55,816 nucleotides of DNA from positions 1 through 55,816 of the IMG/VR virus record IMGVR_UViG_3300029183_000004. The stretch is one strand, 5' to 3'. The DNA is from a virus (lineage: Duplodnaviria; Caudoviricetes). Under the pieces are notes generated by a model, which was not told where the DNA came from, made no database searches, and worked only from the letters and a program-made list of their open reading frames with translations. A program made the position numbers and the translations under genes. Positions 47,908 through 55,816 of this stretch are shown here, piece after piece (the stretch's first letter is position 1; each line of letters starts with the position of its first letter).

Positions 47908-50598
47908 TTAAATCCCTATCACAACAACTTTTTTATTTGCCAACATACCAAGGTCTTTACCAGCATAATAACATGCATCGACAAGATCAAAGGGTTTCTT
48001 CACTGGAAAACGTTTTAATGCCTTCTCTAATACTTTGTGGGTGCCTTCTACATGGATAAATCTACCAAAATCATAAGCACTGCGCATTTTATTAGCTCTG
48101 GCAACTTTATCCCCCATACTCTTAGTTGCTTTTACATGACTCACAGGGGGTATTCGTGTATGTTTTGTAACCTGGGGATGCGCTTTAGACTTAAGTAAAT
48201 TTGCCCAAGCTTCCCGATAAACACTATCCCAGGTATCTCCGCCTTGATTCGTTTCAATTAGAATCTTAGTTACACCTAAGTCTAAGGCTTTTACAAAAGC
48301 ATGTTCAAAGGTTTCCACAGGTGAAGCTTGTTTTTCCCAAGAATACAATCGATAAATCAATTGAGTTACAGGATCCAATCCATCTATTTGAATACCCTGA
48401 CAATCAGAATTATCATTACTTGTCACAGCAGGATCAATTACCAGAACAATCTTTGATAGGGGAGGAACATCTTTTGCAAGGCATTGCTTGAATGTTTCAG
48501 CATCAAAGATACCGCCATCGGCTTCTTCGACCTCATGTTGACTTTCTTCTAGGAAGGCAGCTAAACCCCAATCATTCATTTGTTGTTGGCAAATTTCTAG
48601 ATTTTGCCCTTCCCAAGAGGGTTTTCCCCCTGTGATATAGTAGATATTTCTTGAGTGTTCTTCACTCCAAGAGGATTCATATTCTAAGTCATGCACCGCC
48701 GGAATAGGCCCAGAGCGTTGACGTGTTTGTAAAAACGTAGCATCATTTCCGATCAATTGGGAAAATATCCCATTTTCCAAAATCATATTTTGGATCATAA
48801 GAAGCGCACAATCGGCACTTCCAGCAGGATAGATACTCTTACGTAAAACGGCAAGCTTCTTCTCGGTTGTCTTTTCAGTATCAAGAACATCGTCTAAATC
48901 ATCCCCAACCATAAAGTCGGGACGAAGATCCAAATACTTTGTCCCACGTTCTGCACCTAATAAACCGAGGGCATCTAGGACAAAACCATTATTGCATATC
49001 AATCGATTCCGCCGCCATCCCTTAGCTTGACCATATTTTGATACTGCCCTTTGGGACATTGCTGGATAGAATTTCGCAAAATTTTCATCCTCAAGTAATG
49101 CCCCAATTGTTTCAACATGCTTATCCGCCAAGTCTTGTGTGAGTGAAATATACCAACCATACTTACGTACTTTTCTAGCACCTAAGTTAATCGCTAAAAA
49201 TTCCGCTGTACTACTGTTATGTGTGATAAGTTTATCACAAACAAAATTTGAATTATGTGAAACTTCAATATCATATGTAGCTTGTTGGCCCTGAGATTCT
49301 ATCCCGACAATTTTATCCCAAAAAATATCAGCATTTTCTAATTTATCCCACAGGGGGATATTTACATATTGTTGACTTCTTTGGATTTTATCTCTAGTAA
49401 TAGAATATTGAGGAACTAAACGTATACCTTTTGCACGTAGGTATCTATTTGTCCCTCTTGGCAGGTTTTGTACCACCTCCCCAGGGTAAATATCAAATAA
49501 GCTATACCGTTTCTTAGCTGTTAATCTTTGTAATCTATTTTTCTTTAGTTTTAAAGGTAGGTTCTTTTGACACAATTCAAAACAATTATTATCTACATGT
49601 AATGCCCAAGATCCTGCAAATTCATTAGGTTTATAGATAATATTAGAAAGTACCCCGACATGTAAAAATAATCGTTGGATTTGTTTCACTAGGTGTTCAT
49701 TTGCCAATGCAATACCTAGTTTTCTATGTTCGATATAGCCATCTGTATCAATTAAACTAGCTAATAGCAACCATTTTTGTCTTACAGGGAGAAAGAAAAC
49801 CCAGTCGGGTAGTAGTTTAGTTAATGCCGTATGTCCCCACAAACCAACAGATCTTAGCCATTGCCGACCATTACCTGTTAAACACCACTCATTTTCTCGA
49901 TAACTAGCATATGTAATACCTAGATCATCACAGCATGTTTTAAAATCTTGAACAATTATTTGATCATGATTAGTAAAAGAAGATTTTCTATTGGTACATC
50001 CTTCTGCAACCATATAACCCAAGAGCAAAATTTCACTATCGAGCCTAATTTCATCTGTACATGAAGGAAGAGATCGAACACAAGCAATACGATCATTAAC
50101 AGTAAGATCTTGAATGTCTTTCCATCCATTAAAAGTTAAAACAGGGTGATCTTGACTACCAGTTAAGATTTGATTTGTTGCAGTGCGAACTTGATATACA
50201 TCTTTGACACCTGAATACCATTTATTGATTACAGTAGACTTTTCTTGTTTCCAATTGGATTGATTTATTGATACTATTTCATCCCCAATATTCAGATCAA
50301 CTAAATCTACTTCCTCACCTGAAAAGAGAGAAATACGACTTGTACCCAATAGGCATTTCCCCCCACCCCTAGGCCAGACTGCTACAAAAGGATTAGGACG
50401 AATCTTAGGTTGAATATTATATCCCCAATCCCAAAGGTCACAATGGTGATCAGCAAAATTATCGTCAATGTAACTTCCGAATATCGTCAGAAGCCAATCA
50501 CGCCAATTTGTAGGTGCTTCATAAAAGCCCTTTGATTCCGCAGAAGATTGAATCCCTTTATATAACCTTGTTTTTCTACCACCTAAAACATCATACAT
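47908..50598 (-). CDS. terL: Terminase large subunit with intein
   Basis: PRGGGK|SST Walker A, RPDFMVGDD, VIDPA, ETNQGG and DLVDA. Confidence 0.93.
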   Translation of the reverse strand: MYDVLGGRKTRLYKGIQSSAESKGFYEAPTNWRDWLLTIFGSYIDDNFADHHCDLWDWGYNIQPKIRPNPFVAVWPRGGGKCLLGTSRISLFSGEEVDLVDLNIGDEIVSINQSNWKQEKSTVINKWYSGVKDVYQVRTATNQILTGSQDHPVLTFNGWKDIQDLTVNDRIACVRSLPSCTDEIRLDSEILLLGYMVAEGCTNRKSSFTNHDQIIVQDFKTCCDDLGITYASYRENEWCLTGNGRQWLRSVGLWGHTALTKLLPDWVFFLPVRQKWLLLASLIDTDGYIEHRKLGIALANEHLVKQIQRLFLHVGVLSNIIYKPNEFAGSWALHVDNNCFELCQKNLPLKLKKNRLQRLTAKKRYSLFDIYPGEVVQNLPRGTNRYLRAKGIRLVPQYSITRDKIQRSQQYVNIPLWDKLENADIFWDKIVGIESQGQQATYDIEVSHNSNFVCDKLITHNSSTAEFLAINLGARKVRKYGWYISLTQDLADKHVETIGALLEDENFAKFYPAMSQRAVSKYGQAKGWRRNRLICNNGFVLDALGLLGAERGTKYLDLRPDFMVGDDLDDVLDTEKTTEKKLAVLRKSIYPAGSADCALLMIQNMILENGIFSQLIGNDATFLQTRQRSGPIPAVHDLEYESSWSEEHSRNIYYITGGKPSWEGQNLEICQQQMNDWGLAAFLEESQHEVEEADGGIFDAETFKQCLAKDVPPLSKIVLVIDPAVTSNDNSDCQGIQIDGLDPVTQLIYRLYSWEKQASPVETFEHAFVKALDLGVTKILIETNQGGDTWDSVYREAWANLLKSKAHPQVTKHTRIPPVSHVKATKSMGDKVARANKMRSAYDFGRFIHVEGTHKVLEKALKRFPVKKPFDLVDACYYAGKDLGMLANKKVVVIGI
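49216..50355 (-). mobile_element. Intein (380 aa) with LAGLIDADG endonuclease in terminase Walker A
   Basis: GGK|CLLGTS...SQDH...GYMVAEG...SLIDTDG...ITHN|SST. Confidence 0.95.
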
Positions 50599-51223
50599 CG
50601 ATTATATCTTTCTCCGGTAAAGGGATGTCGTCAAGTAATTTATGTGCGCCATCAATCCCCAATTCTTGATAAAGAAATGGAAGGTCAATCAAACCTTTGA
50701 CAAAATAAATCCAAAGTTGATTGGCGTATTCTGTTGGCATTTGGGAAGAGAATAAATCATAATACTGTGCCAGAGTTCTAGCTGCCATATCAGCGGGATA
50801 GATTTCTAAGTCAACTTGAGTATGAGTTGTAACGGTCCATCGACCATCGGTCCCTTCGACTTCCTTTTTATCTTCCTTGTATTTGATCTTCTTAAGATTA
50901 GAAAGTGTTCCAAGTTGTCTAGCCTTATTTAAATTGATCTTAGGCGTCCCATCTTCGGTAATATCAAAATAATCTTCTAACGATCCCTTGGCATGTTTTG
51001 AAATCAATGCAATAACATCATTAGGCGTTAATGCCTCATCACGTAGAAGATTTTGTACTTGCTCTTGGATATGAGGCATTTTTGCAATAACTCTACCTCT
51101 GGCCTGGAAGTAGGCAGGCGTTAAATCATCTCCAATCCTATAATATCCGGCCTGTTCTGTAGCTTCGGCTAAGGATCCCGTCTTTACAAACAGATCACAC
51201 CATAATTTTTCCTGTTCAGTCAT
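50591..51223 (-). CDS. terS: Terminase small subunit
   Basis: MTEQEKLWCD...ATEQAGY helix-turn-helix start; upstream of terL. Confidence 0.8.
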   Translation of the reverse strand: MTEQEKLWCDLFVKTGSLAEATEQAGYYRIGDDLTPAYFQARGRVIAKMPHIQEQVQNLLRDEALTPNDVIALISKHAKGSLEDYFDITEDGTPKINLNKARQLGTLSNLKKIKYKEDKKEVEGTDGRWTVTTHTQVDLEIYPADMAARTLAQYYDLFSSQMPTEYANQLWIYFVKGLIDLPFLYQELGIDGAHKLLDDIPLPEKDIIDV

Positions 51224-51230
51224 AGGTTAA

Positions 51231-51455
51231 TTATCTCACAGGGGAATTAAACAATTCAGCGTTTTCTTGGATATAAGCTTCCGGAAAGGGTTTATAAACT
51301 AATCGACGTTGGGCATCCTTATAGGTTACAATGATTGTCTCGGTAGCGCCAAGTACAAATTGAATATTTGCCTTCACTCTTACTTCGTTCTCTAAAGTTA
51401 AAAGAATTTTAACTCCTTCTTTCAGTTGATCCTTTGACATACATCTACACCCCAC
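51231..51455 (-). CDS. Hypothetical protein
   Basis: Short ORF co-oriented upstream of terS. Confidence 0.5.
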   Translation of the reverse strand: MGCRCMSKDQLKEGVKILLTLENEVRVKANIQFVLGATETIIVTYKDAQRRLVYKPFPEAYIQENAELFNSPVR

Positions 51456-51549
51456 AACAATAAACTAGACGAATGAGCTACAAACATTTTACTTCAAAAG
51501 AAAATAATTGTCTATTAAGATCCAAAAGGCACAGAAACCAGAAAGAAAG

Positions 51550-51888
51550 TTAATCGATGTTATCAATATAAACTTGTATCAAGTCTTCCCGAATAAACGT
51601 AGATAGAGGCTTCTTCCTTGCTTGGGCATACGCTTTTAATTGCTGGTACTGTGAACTAGTTACCAAAAGATTTACCCGTTTTGCCGGATCATCACTAGGT
51701 TGATCTTTACGAGTACCATCCAGACGCTTTCTTCCTCCTGACATATGGATGCCTCTAGGCAATGACTCGTCAGAATCTCTTAGCCGACAATAACATCGTG
51801 TTCCATCCCCTTTGGTCATGTAACAAGTTTGTCCTACTTCTCTAGGGGTATACCGCCATTTACAATGGGCGCAATATAGATAATTCAT
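51550..51888 (-). CDS. Zn-ribbon + ribbon-helix-helix regulator
   Basis: CAHC...C..C; KRVNLLVTSSQYQQLKAYAQARKKPLSTFIRE; AAGGAGG RBS. Confidence 0.7.
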   Translation of the reverse strand: MNYLYCAHCKWRYTPREVGQTCYMTKGDGTRCYCRLRDSDESLPRGIHMSGGRKRLDGTRKDQPSDDPAKRVNLLVTSSQYQQLKAYAQARKKPLSTFIREDLIQVYIDNID

Positions 51889-52030
51889 TTATCCTCCTTC
51901 GTATAATCATCCATGAATCGATTCTAGCATACACAATCAGGTAGCACAACAGATCCCCCTGTGAAATATTTAGTAGGGATATCTGCCTACGACAAATGAC
52001 GTATTTTTCAAAAAATCGAAAATTGGGGGG

Positions 52031-52059
52031 TTGACAGGATGCAAAAAATATGGTACAAT
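52031..52059 (+). promoter_or_regulatory. Strong sigma70-type early promoter
   Basis: TTGACA-17-TACAAT with TG extension. Confidence 0.85.
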
Positions 52060-52124
52060 GGGTGTGTAGGGAAATACACCTACAGAAATGACTGAAAATT
52101 AACAACTAAATAAGGAGATCTACT

Positions 52125-52319
52125 ATGAACGCTGATATGAAAAGGTACCTGAAACTTGAGGTAACAAGTATGGAACTAGCGAAGATGAAGGCAACACTTG
52201 CAATACTTGGCGGAGACGCACCAACGAAGGAAGCGCAGAACCATATCAAAGAAGCATTCAATGCCATCGATAATGCCCTCACATTATGTGAAATTGAGAA
52301 GTTCAAGATAGACAGCTAG
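52125..52319 (+). CDS. Hypothetical protein
   Basis: TAAGGAG RBS. Confidence 0.7.
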   Translation: MNADMKRYLKLEVTSMELAKMKATLAILGGDAPTKEAQNHIKEAFNAIDNALTLCEIEKFKIDS

Positions 52320-52395
52320 TTGCAAGCAATGCGGATAGTAGAAATACTATCCCCATTGTGTGCAGATAGTGCAGTTAATAAAGGAGAAATTACTC

Positions 52396-52749
52396 ATGGC
52401 AATACGCAGAGGGAACAACGGTTCCTATATGGAATCTACTAGCCATACGGCATGGTTGTTTACTGACTTTGGTGAAAGTTACGCACGTAAAATTTTTGGG
52501 GATGAGTACATTGATTCACTTCCCAAATATACCAAACGAAGTAAACATGCTGGAAAACCTAAAGGTAAACTTGCTTGGCGCAAAACCACTAAAGGGGGAT
52601 GGAATACATATGTAAAGGCAGTTATTAAAAATAACTATACATATGGTCATGGCATATGGGAAACCCCTTGGGGTGAAGAAAGTAAGCTTTTGATTGGATA
52701 CAATGCGTATAGTGAAGAAGAAGCTTCTATTTCGTTAGTACGAAAATAA
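52396..52749 (+). CDS. Hypothetical protein
   Basis: AAGGAG RBS before ATG 52396 (MAIRRG). Confidence 0.7.
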   Translation: MAIRRGNNGSYMESTSHTAWLFTDFGESYARKIFGDEYIDSLPKYTKRSKHAGKPKGKLAWRKTTKGGWNTYVKAVIKNNYTYGHGIWETPWGEESKLLIGYNAYSEEEASISLVRK

Positions 52750-52792
52750 TTATTTCACAGGGGGATTGAAAAATCCCCTCAAAGGATCAACT

Positions 52793-53116
52793 ATGAAACA
52801 GCGTATAAATGTTCGGCTTACAACATATGGAACACCCTTCCGTTTCACGCTGGATTTTTTCAGCCGTACCCTCTTCCAAGAACTATGTACTCAAAAGTAC
52901 GACGGCAATAAGAGCAAAACCGGAAGAGAAATCATTAAGATGTTTACCGGATGTGCCACAAGTGAAGAGCTATACGAATGGTGCCAAGAAATGGGGATAT
53001 CTACACAACGAGTATTCGAATATTCTTTATTAGTAGCCTGCTCAGAGGAAGGATTTCTTACCCTCCCCCGTAAAGAAATGTTGGATCAATTCATCTGCCA
53101 GATGCACAACCTATAG
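52793..53116 (+). CDS. Hypothetical protein, possibly RHH-like DNA-binding
   Basis: AAGGA RBS before MKQRIN; beta-helix-helix-like pattern. Confidence 0.55.
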   Translation: MKQRINVRLTTYGTPFRFTLDFFSRTLFQELCTQKYDGNKSKTGREIIKMFTGCATSEELYEWCQEMGISTQRVFEYSLLVACSEEGFLTLPRKEMLDQFICQMHNL

Positions 53117-53137
53117 GATAACCAATTGTGAAATATT

Positions 53138-53335
53138 ATGAATATCTACCTAGAAGTGACCTACCAAGTTTTTTATTACGTAGCCTGGATCTTAAGTAGC
53201 TCCGGAGATCCTAATAGAGATTTCCTAACTACTTGTCTAATCACTCGATCAATCTTAGCCTTACAGGTGATTACGGGTTGGCAGTGGACCGTTCACAGCA
53301 ATATTTATAAAGTACTTAACTACCTATGGGAATAA
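53138..53335 (+). CDS. Small hydrophobic protein
   Basis: 65-aa ORF in operon. Confidence 0.45.
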   Translation: MNIYLEVTYQVFYYVAWILSSSGDPNRDFLTTCLITRSILALQVITGWQWTVHSNIYKVLNYLWE

Positions 53336-53339
53336 CCCT

Positions 53340-53474
53340 ATGAAAACCTTTTGGCGAATTGAGCAATATCTAGAAGCCAGTATACAATCATGTGATAATT
53401 TTCTTGACAGGCTTCTAGTCCTCTTCCTCTTAATCGGATTGATTGCAGGTATTGTAAATCAAATCATCACATAA
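53340..53474 (+). CDS. 44-aa single-TM peptide (not in ORF track)
   Basis: MKTFWRIEQYLEASIQSCDNFLDRLLVLFLLIGLIAGIVNQIIT. Confidence 0.55.
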   Translation: MKTFWRIEQYLEASIQSCDNFLDRLLVLFLLIGLIAGIVNQIIT

Positions 53475-53486
53475 GGAGCTATACTA

Positions 53487-53594
53487 ATGACCGAATTTCT
53501 CAACATCTTTTCTCACTACCTTTTTATTGGATGGCTATCCGCTATGATAATGGTAGCTGTTCTAGTGGTCCTCTATGAATACTTTGATCTATAA
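53487..53594 (+). CDS. 35-aa single-TM peptide (not in ORF track)
   Basis: TAAGGAG RBS; MTEFLNIFSHYLFIGWLSAMIMVAVLVVLYEYFDL. Confidence 0.65.
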   Translation: MTEFLNIFSHYLFIGWLSAMIMVAVLVVLYEYFDL

Positions 53595-53606
53595 GGAGAC
53601 ATCCAG

Positions 53607-53900
53607 ATGTCAAAATTTCTCGCATCAGTGATAGCGCCTACAGTACAATTTCAAATTGAACAGGATCTCAAAAGAATCAACCATTTCTCAGATTGGATAT
53701 ATCAATATATGACAACTGACGATCCGAATGCTCACATCAAACATTCATATGCTTATATGAATTACTTACGTTATTGTGGCCGTACTGAACAGCAACCTTT
53801 GACTGAAACTGACTTTGCTCTATCCGTTCAATCACATGAAATACGTGTGGTTCCTATCGATGATACCTTTGGCTATAAGGGTTTAGCTATACGTAACTAA
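53607..53900 (+). CDS. Stand-alone winged-helix protein resembling the D5/P4 primase C-terminal domain
   Basis: FSDWI...Y..Y..YC......PLT...F...V......YKGL pattern; TAAGGAG RBS. Confidence 0.55.
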   Translation: MSKFLASVIAPTVQFQIEQDLKRINHFSDWIYQYMTTDDPNAHIKHSYAYMNYLRYCGRTEQQPLTETDFALSVQSHEIRVVPIDDTFGYKGLAIRN

Positions 53901-53912
53901 GGAGATTTCAGA

Positions 53913-54353
53913 ATGAAAATATTACTTATTACGCTTTTACTTCCACTCATCTTATCCCCAATCTCACAGGGGGGATACGTTTCAATATCATCCGAATTGA
54001 ATGATCTATGTTTAACGCAAGATACCCCTGTGAGATTAGAGACTTGTGACACTGGCCGATTAGTTCAGCATTGGCAAATATCAAAACAAGGAACAGCTCA
54101 TATTATCCGTTCTGGTTGGAATAGCGAATGTTTGACCGTTGCCAGGAACCAAAAGCCCATTACCTATCGTTGCCGAAATCTTCGATCTCAACGATTTGAT
54201 ATCGTAGCTAATGATTGGGGCAAGGGCTTTCAAATTCAATTGCAGAGATCAGATCTATGTCTTGATGTCGTTGACTGGCAAATAAAAGATCCGGCAGCAC
54301 TTCAATTCTATCAATGTCACATCGGGATCAATCAGCAGTTTTCAGGAGGATAA
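53913..54353 (+). CDS. Secreted ricin-B (beta-trefoil) lectin
   Basis: Signal peptide; three CL...C....Q-x-W/F repeats (QHW, QRF, QQF). Confidence 0.85.
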   Translation: MKILLITLLLPLILSPISQGGYVSISSELNDLCLTQDTPVRLETCDTGRLVQHWQISKQGTAHIIRSGWNSECLTVARNQKPITYRCRNLRSQRFDIVANDWGKGFQIQLQRSDLCLDVVDWQIKDPAALQFYQCHIGINQQFSGG

Positions 54354-54361
54354 AAAAGAAG

Positions 54362-54390
54362 GGGGGTACCCCCATTAAGTACCCCCGTTT
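54362..54390 (+). terminator. Putative intrinsic terminator after lectin gene
   Basis: GGGGGTAC...GTACCCCC followed by GTTT. Confidence 0.55.
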
Positions 54391-54466
54391 GTCGGTATTA
54401 ACCCAATCCGAAGTGTTTCCTTGGAATCAGAATTAGTTAAGAATCACATTCTAGCATAGAAGAAAC

Positions 54467-54500
54467 AAAAAGCCAATCCCCATTAGAGGATTGGCTTTTT
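54467..54500. terminator. Bidirectional terminator between convergent operons
   Basis: AAAAGCCAATCC-8 nt-GGATTGGCTTTT. Confidence 0.8.
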
Positions 54501-54560
54501 GCCACAAAGGATCTACCTATGGCCTACCATGTTACTATACTCACAGGGGATTGAAAAATC

Positions 54561-54851
54561 TTAGATTGGTTGATACCTCAACTGGCGATCTAACTGTGGA
54601 CAAATCCCCCGTTCGTCACACAGTATCTTTCTACGCATTTCCTCACAGTAGCCATACATAGCTTTGACCGTCATTGGAATAGCTGTCTTATGTAACAGAT
54701 AAACCTTTGCCATCCCAGCCATACAACCACGTATAAATGCCGGTCCAAGGTCTGTATAGTTTAGCTCAGTATCCTGTATCGTTGCCGTGTACTCCTGTGA
54801 GTAACATCCCGTTAACAACAATAAGATGACAATATAGATTTTATAGTTCAT
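54561..54851 (-). CDS. Putative lipoprotein
   Basis: AAGGA RBS; MNYKIYIVILLLLTG|C lipobox. Confidence 0.65.
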   Translation of the reverse strand: MNYKIYIVILLLLTGCYSQEYTATIQDTELNYTDLGPAFIRGCMAGMAKVYLLHKTAIPMTVKAMYGYCEEMRRKILCDERGICPQLDRQLRYQPI

Positions 54852-54899
54852 AACAACATCCTTTGATGAGGGAACATATCTCACCAACCAAATTATATG

Positions 54900-55433
54900 T
54901 CAAGTTGAATCGGGATCAAAGTCTCTTCCTACTTTATAAGCTTCTAGAAGCTTATCAGGAGATTCGAAGCTACTACCCTTAGCGATGATGGTTGGAACTA
55001 GTTCGTATTCCCGAAGGTTAAATCGAACCGTTTCCTTCCCTCCCCCAAGGAAATAAACGATTCCATGATAATCAGGATGTATCAATAAAGAAATACAATC
55101 TATTGACGGAACGCCAGAACAAATGACTACTCGTTGCTGTGTCCTCCGTGCAAGCCATTCCGCCTTAACGATCTCTTGTTTCGTCGGATAGTTCCCTTTA
55201 ACTTCCAACCAAAGTTTTGACTGGGGAAGAAAGAAATCAGGTAAATAAGGTCGCATACGATTTTGCCAGAAGTACTTAACTGTATGCCGTTCATATTGAA
55301 ATTCTATCCCTAAGGTCTCAAACATCTTTACATACCGAACTTCAAGAACAGATGCATAGATAATGTTCTTATATGTATAAAGTCTACTCCTTGGCATATT
55401 ACGAAAGTTAACCTTCATTTGATTTGATTCCAA
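54900..55433 (-). CDS. PD-(D/E)XK endonuclease (T7 endonuclease I-like)
   Basis: ASVLE, QYE, YLPDFFLP and WLEVKG. Confidence 0.8.
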   Translation of the reverse strand: MESNQMKVNFRNMPRSRLYTYKNIIYASVLEVRYVKMFETLGIEFQYERHTVKYFWQNRMRPYLPDFFLPQSKLWLEVKGNYPTKQEIVKAEWLARRTQQRVVICSGVPSIDCISLLIHPDYHGIVYFLGGGKETVRFNLREYELVPTIIAKGSSFESPDKLLEAYKVGRDFDPDST

Positions 55434-55816
55434 TCTAAAATTTCCGATATCTTCGGTACACTTGCTTCACACTCACAGGGGGTATAATCAATTGGCAAGC
55501 CCCAGCAACCACAGTCAACTCCGTTACAGCAATGCTTCGCTTCTAATCCATAGCCATTACATTTATCACATGCATTGGGATCTAAGTTTTTGGGTGCATT
55601 ACACATGGCTGTCATGAACTCCCCAAAATCTGTCTCCTTATAGATCATGACTTTAGCTATATTACTATGGTAGCTTTTCTCTATAAGTTCCTCCACTGTG
55701 ATATGTTGCATTACATAGTGAATCATCAAAGTTAATACCTCAACAGGGAAGCTACCTTCCATCCACAATTGACCAGTATGGCCGTGTTCACAACTACATC
55801 GAATCTTACCTTCCCC
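55415..55816 (-). CDS. Cys-rich hypothetical protein, probably 5'-truncated by the window edge
   Basis: Frame is open to 55816 (GEGKIRCSCEHGH...); CDKCNG and CCNGVDCGC. Confidence 0.55.
   Translation of the reverse strand, partial: GEGKIRCSCEHGHTGQLWMEGSFPVEVLTLMIHYVMQHITVEELIEKSYHSNIAKVMIYKETDFGEFMTAMCNAPKNLDPNACDKCNGYGLEAKHCCNGVDCGCWGLPIDYTPCECEASVPKISEILDWNQIK

Larger units (their letters stand above)
703..55481. repeat. Genome-wide dispersed motif CCCCTGTGR / YCACAGGGG (at least 72 copies)
   Basis: Manual scan; first copy 703-710, last 55474-55481; 39 on + and 33 on -. Confidence 0.97.

Noticed and set aside
703-55481. Motif as a classical polar Chi or KOPS signal, or as a simple codon artefact
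   Set aside because: Orientations are interleaved (39 vs 33) with no switch point. It occurs in five peptide frames and intergenically, and some PPV peptides (near 34141 and 47701) do not use it
55769-55816. Exact circular junction continuing the last ORF into position 1
   Set aside because: Direct end-joining hits a stop after three codons and no terminal repeat is visible, so completeness is inferred only from gene content
1-55816. tRNA genes, intact integrase, DNA methyltransferase
   Set aside because: No cloverleaf or diagnostic catalytic motifs recognised by eye; tRNAscan and HMM searches are needed to exclude them formally

Overview
This window looks like a complete or near-complete ~56 kb genome of a tailed dsDNA phage (siphovirus-like, roughly 37-38% GC by eye). 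The + strand arm (1.0-19.6 kb) carries replication and nucleotide genes: RepB-type primase-helicase, RuvC-like nuclease, SNF2 helicase, AAA_24/Sak4-like ATPase, DUF669 SSB-like protein, family A DNA polymerase, ThyA and an FtsK/SpoIIIE ATPase. The - strand arm (51.9 to 19.7 kb) carries terminase, portal-gpF, HK97 protease and capsid, neck and tail genes, LamG proteins, a glycoside hydrolase and a pectate-lyase-like protein. A small accessory island lies at 52-55.8 kb. I saw no intact integrase, tRNA or CRISPR array. The host may be Chloroflexota (inference only). The strongest unexplained signal is a dispersed non-palindromic motif, CCCCTGTGR (often CCCCTGTGAG). I counted at least 72 exact copies of the 8-mer core by eye (39 on +, 33 on -), against about 0.5 expected. 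It sits inside coding sequence in several frames, at gene ends and as intergenic inverted pairs, an architecture like DNA-uptake sequences. The genome also carries many selfish elements: two contiguous inteins (polymerase, terminase), an apparently naturally split intein in portal-gpF fractured by an antisense endonuclease gene, a group I intron in the capsid gene whose LAGLIDADG ORF overlaps the ribozyme core, an in-frame HNH domain in ThyA with no splicing element, and three antisense free-standing HNH genes. All family assignments come from motif recognition, not database searches.
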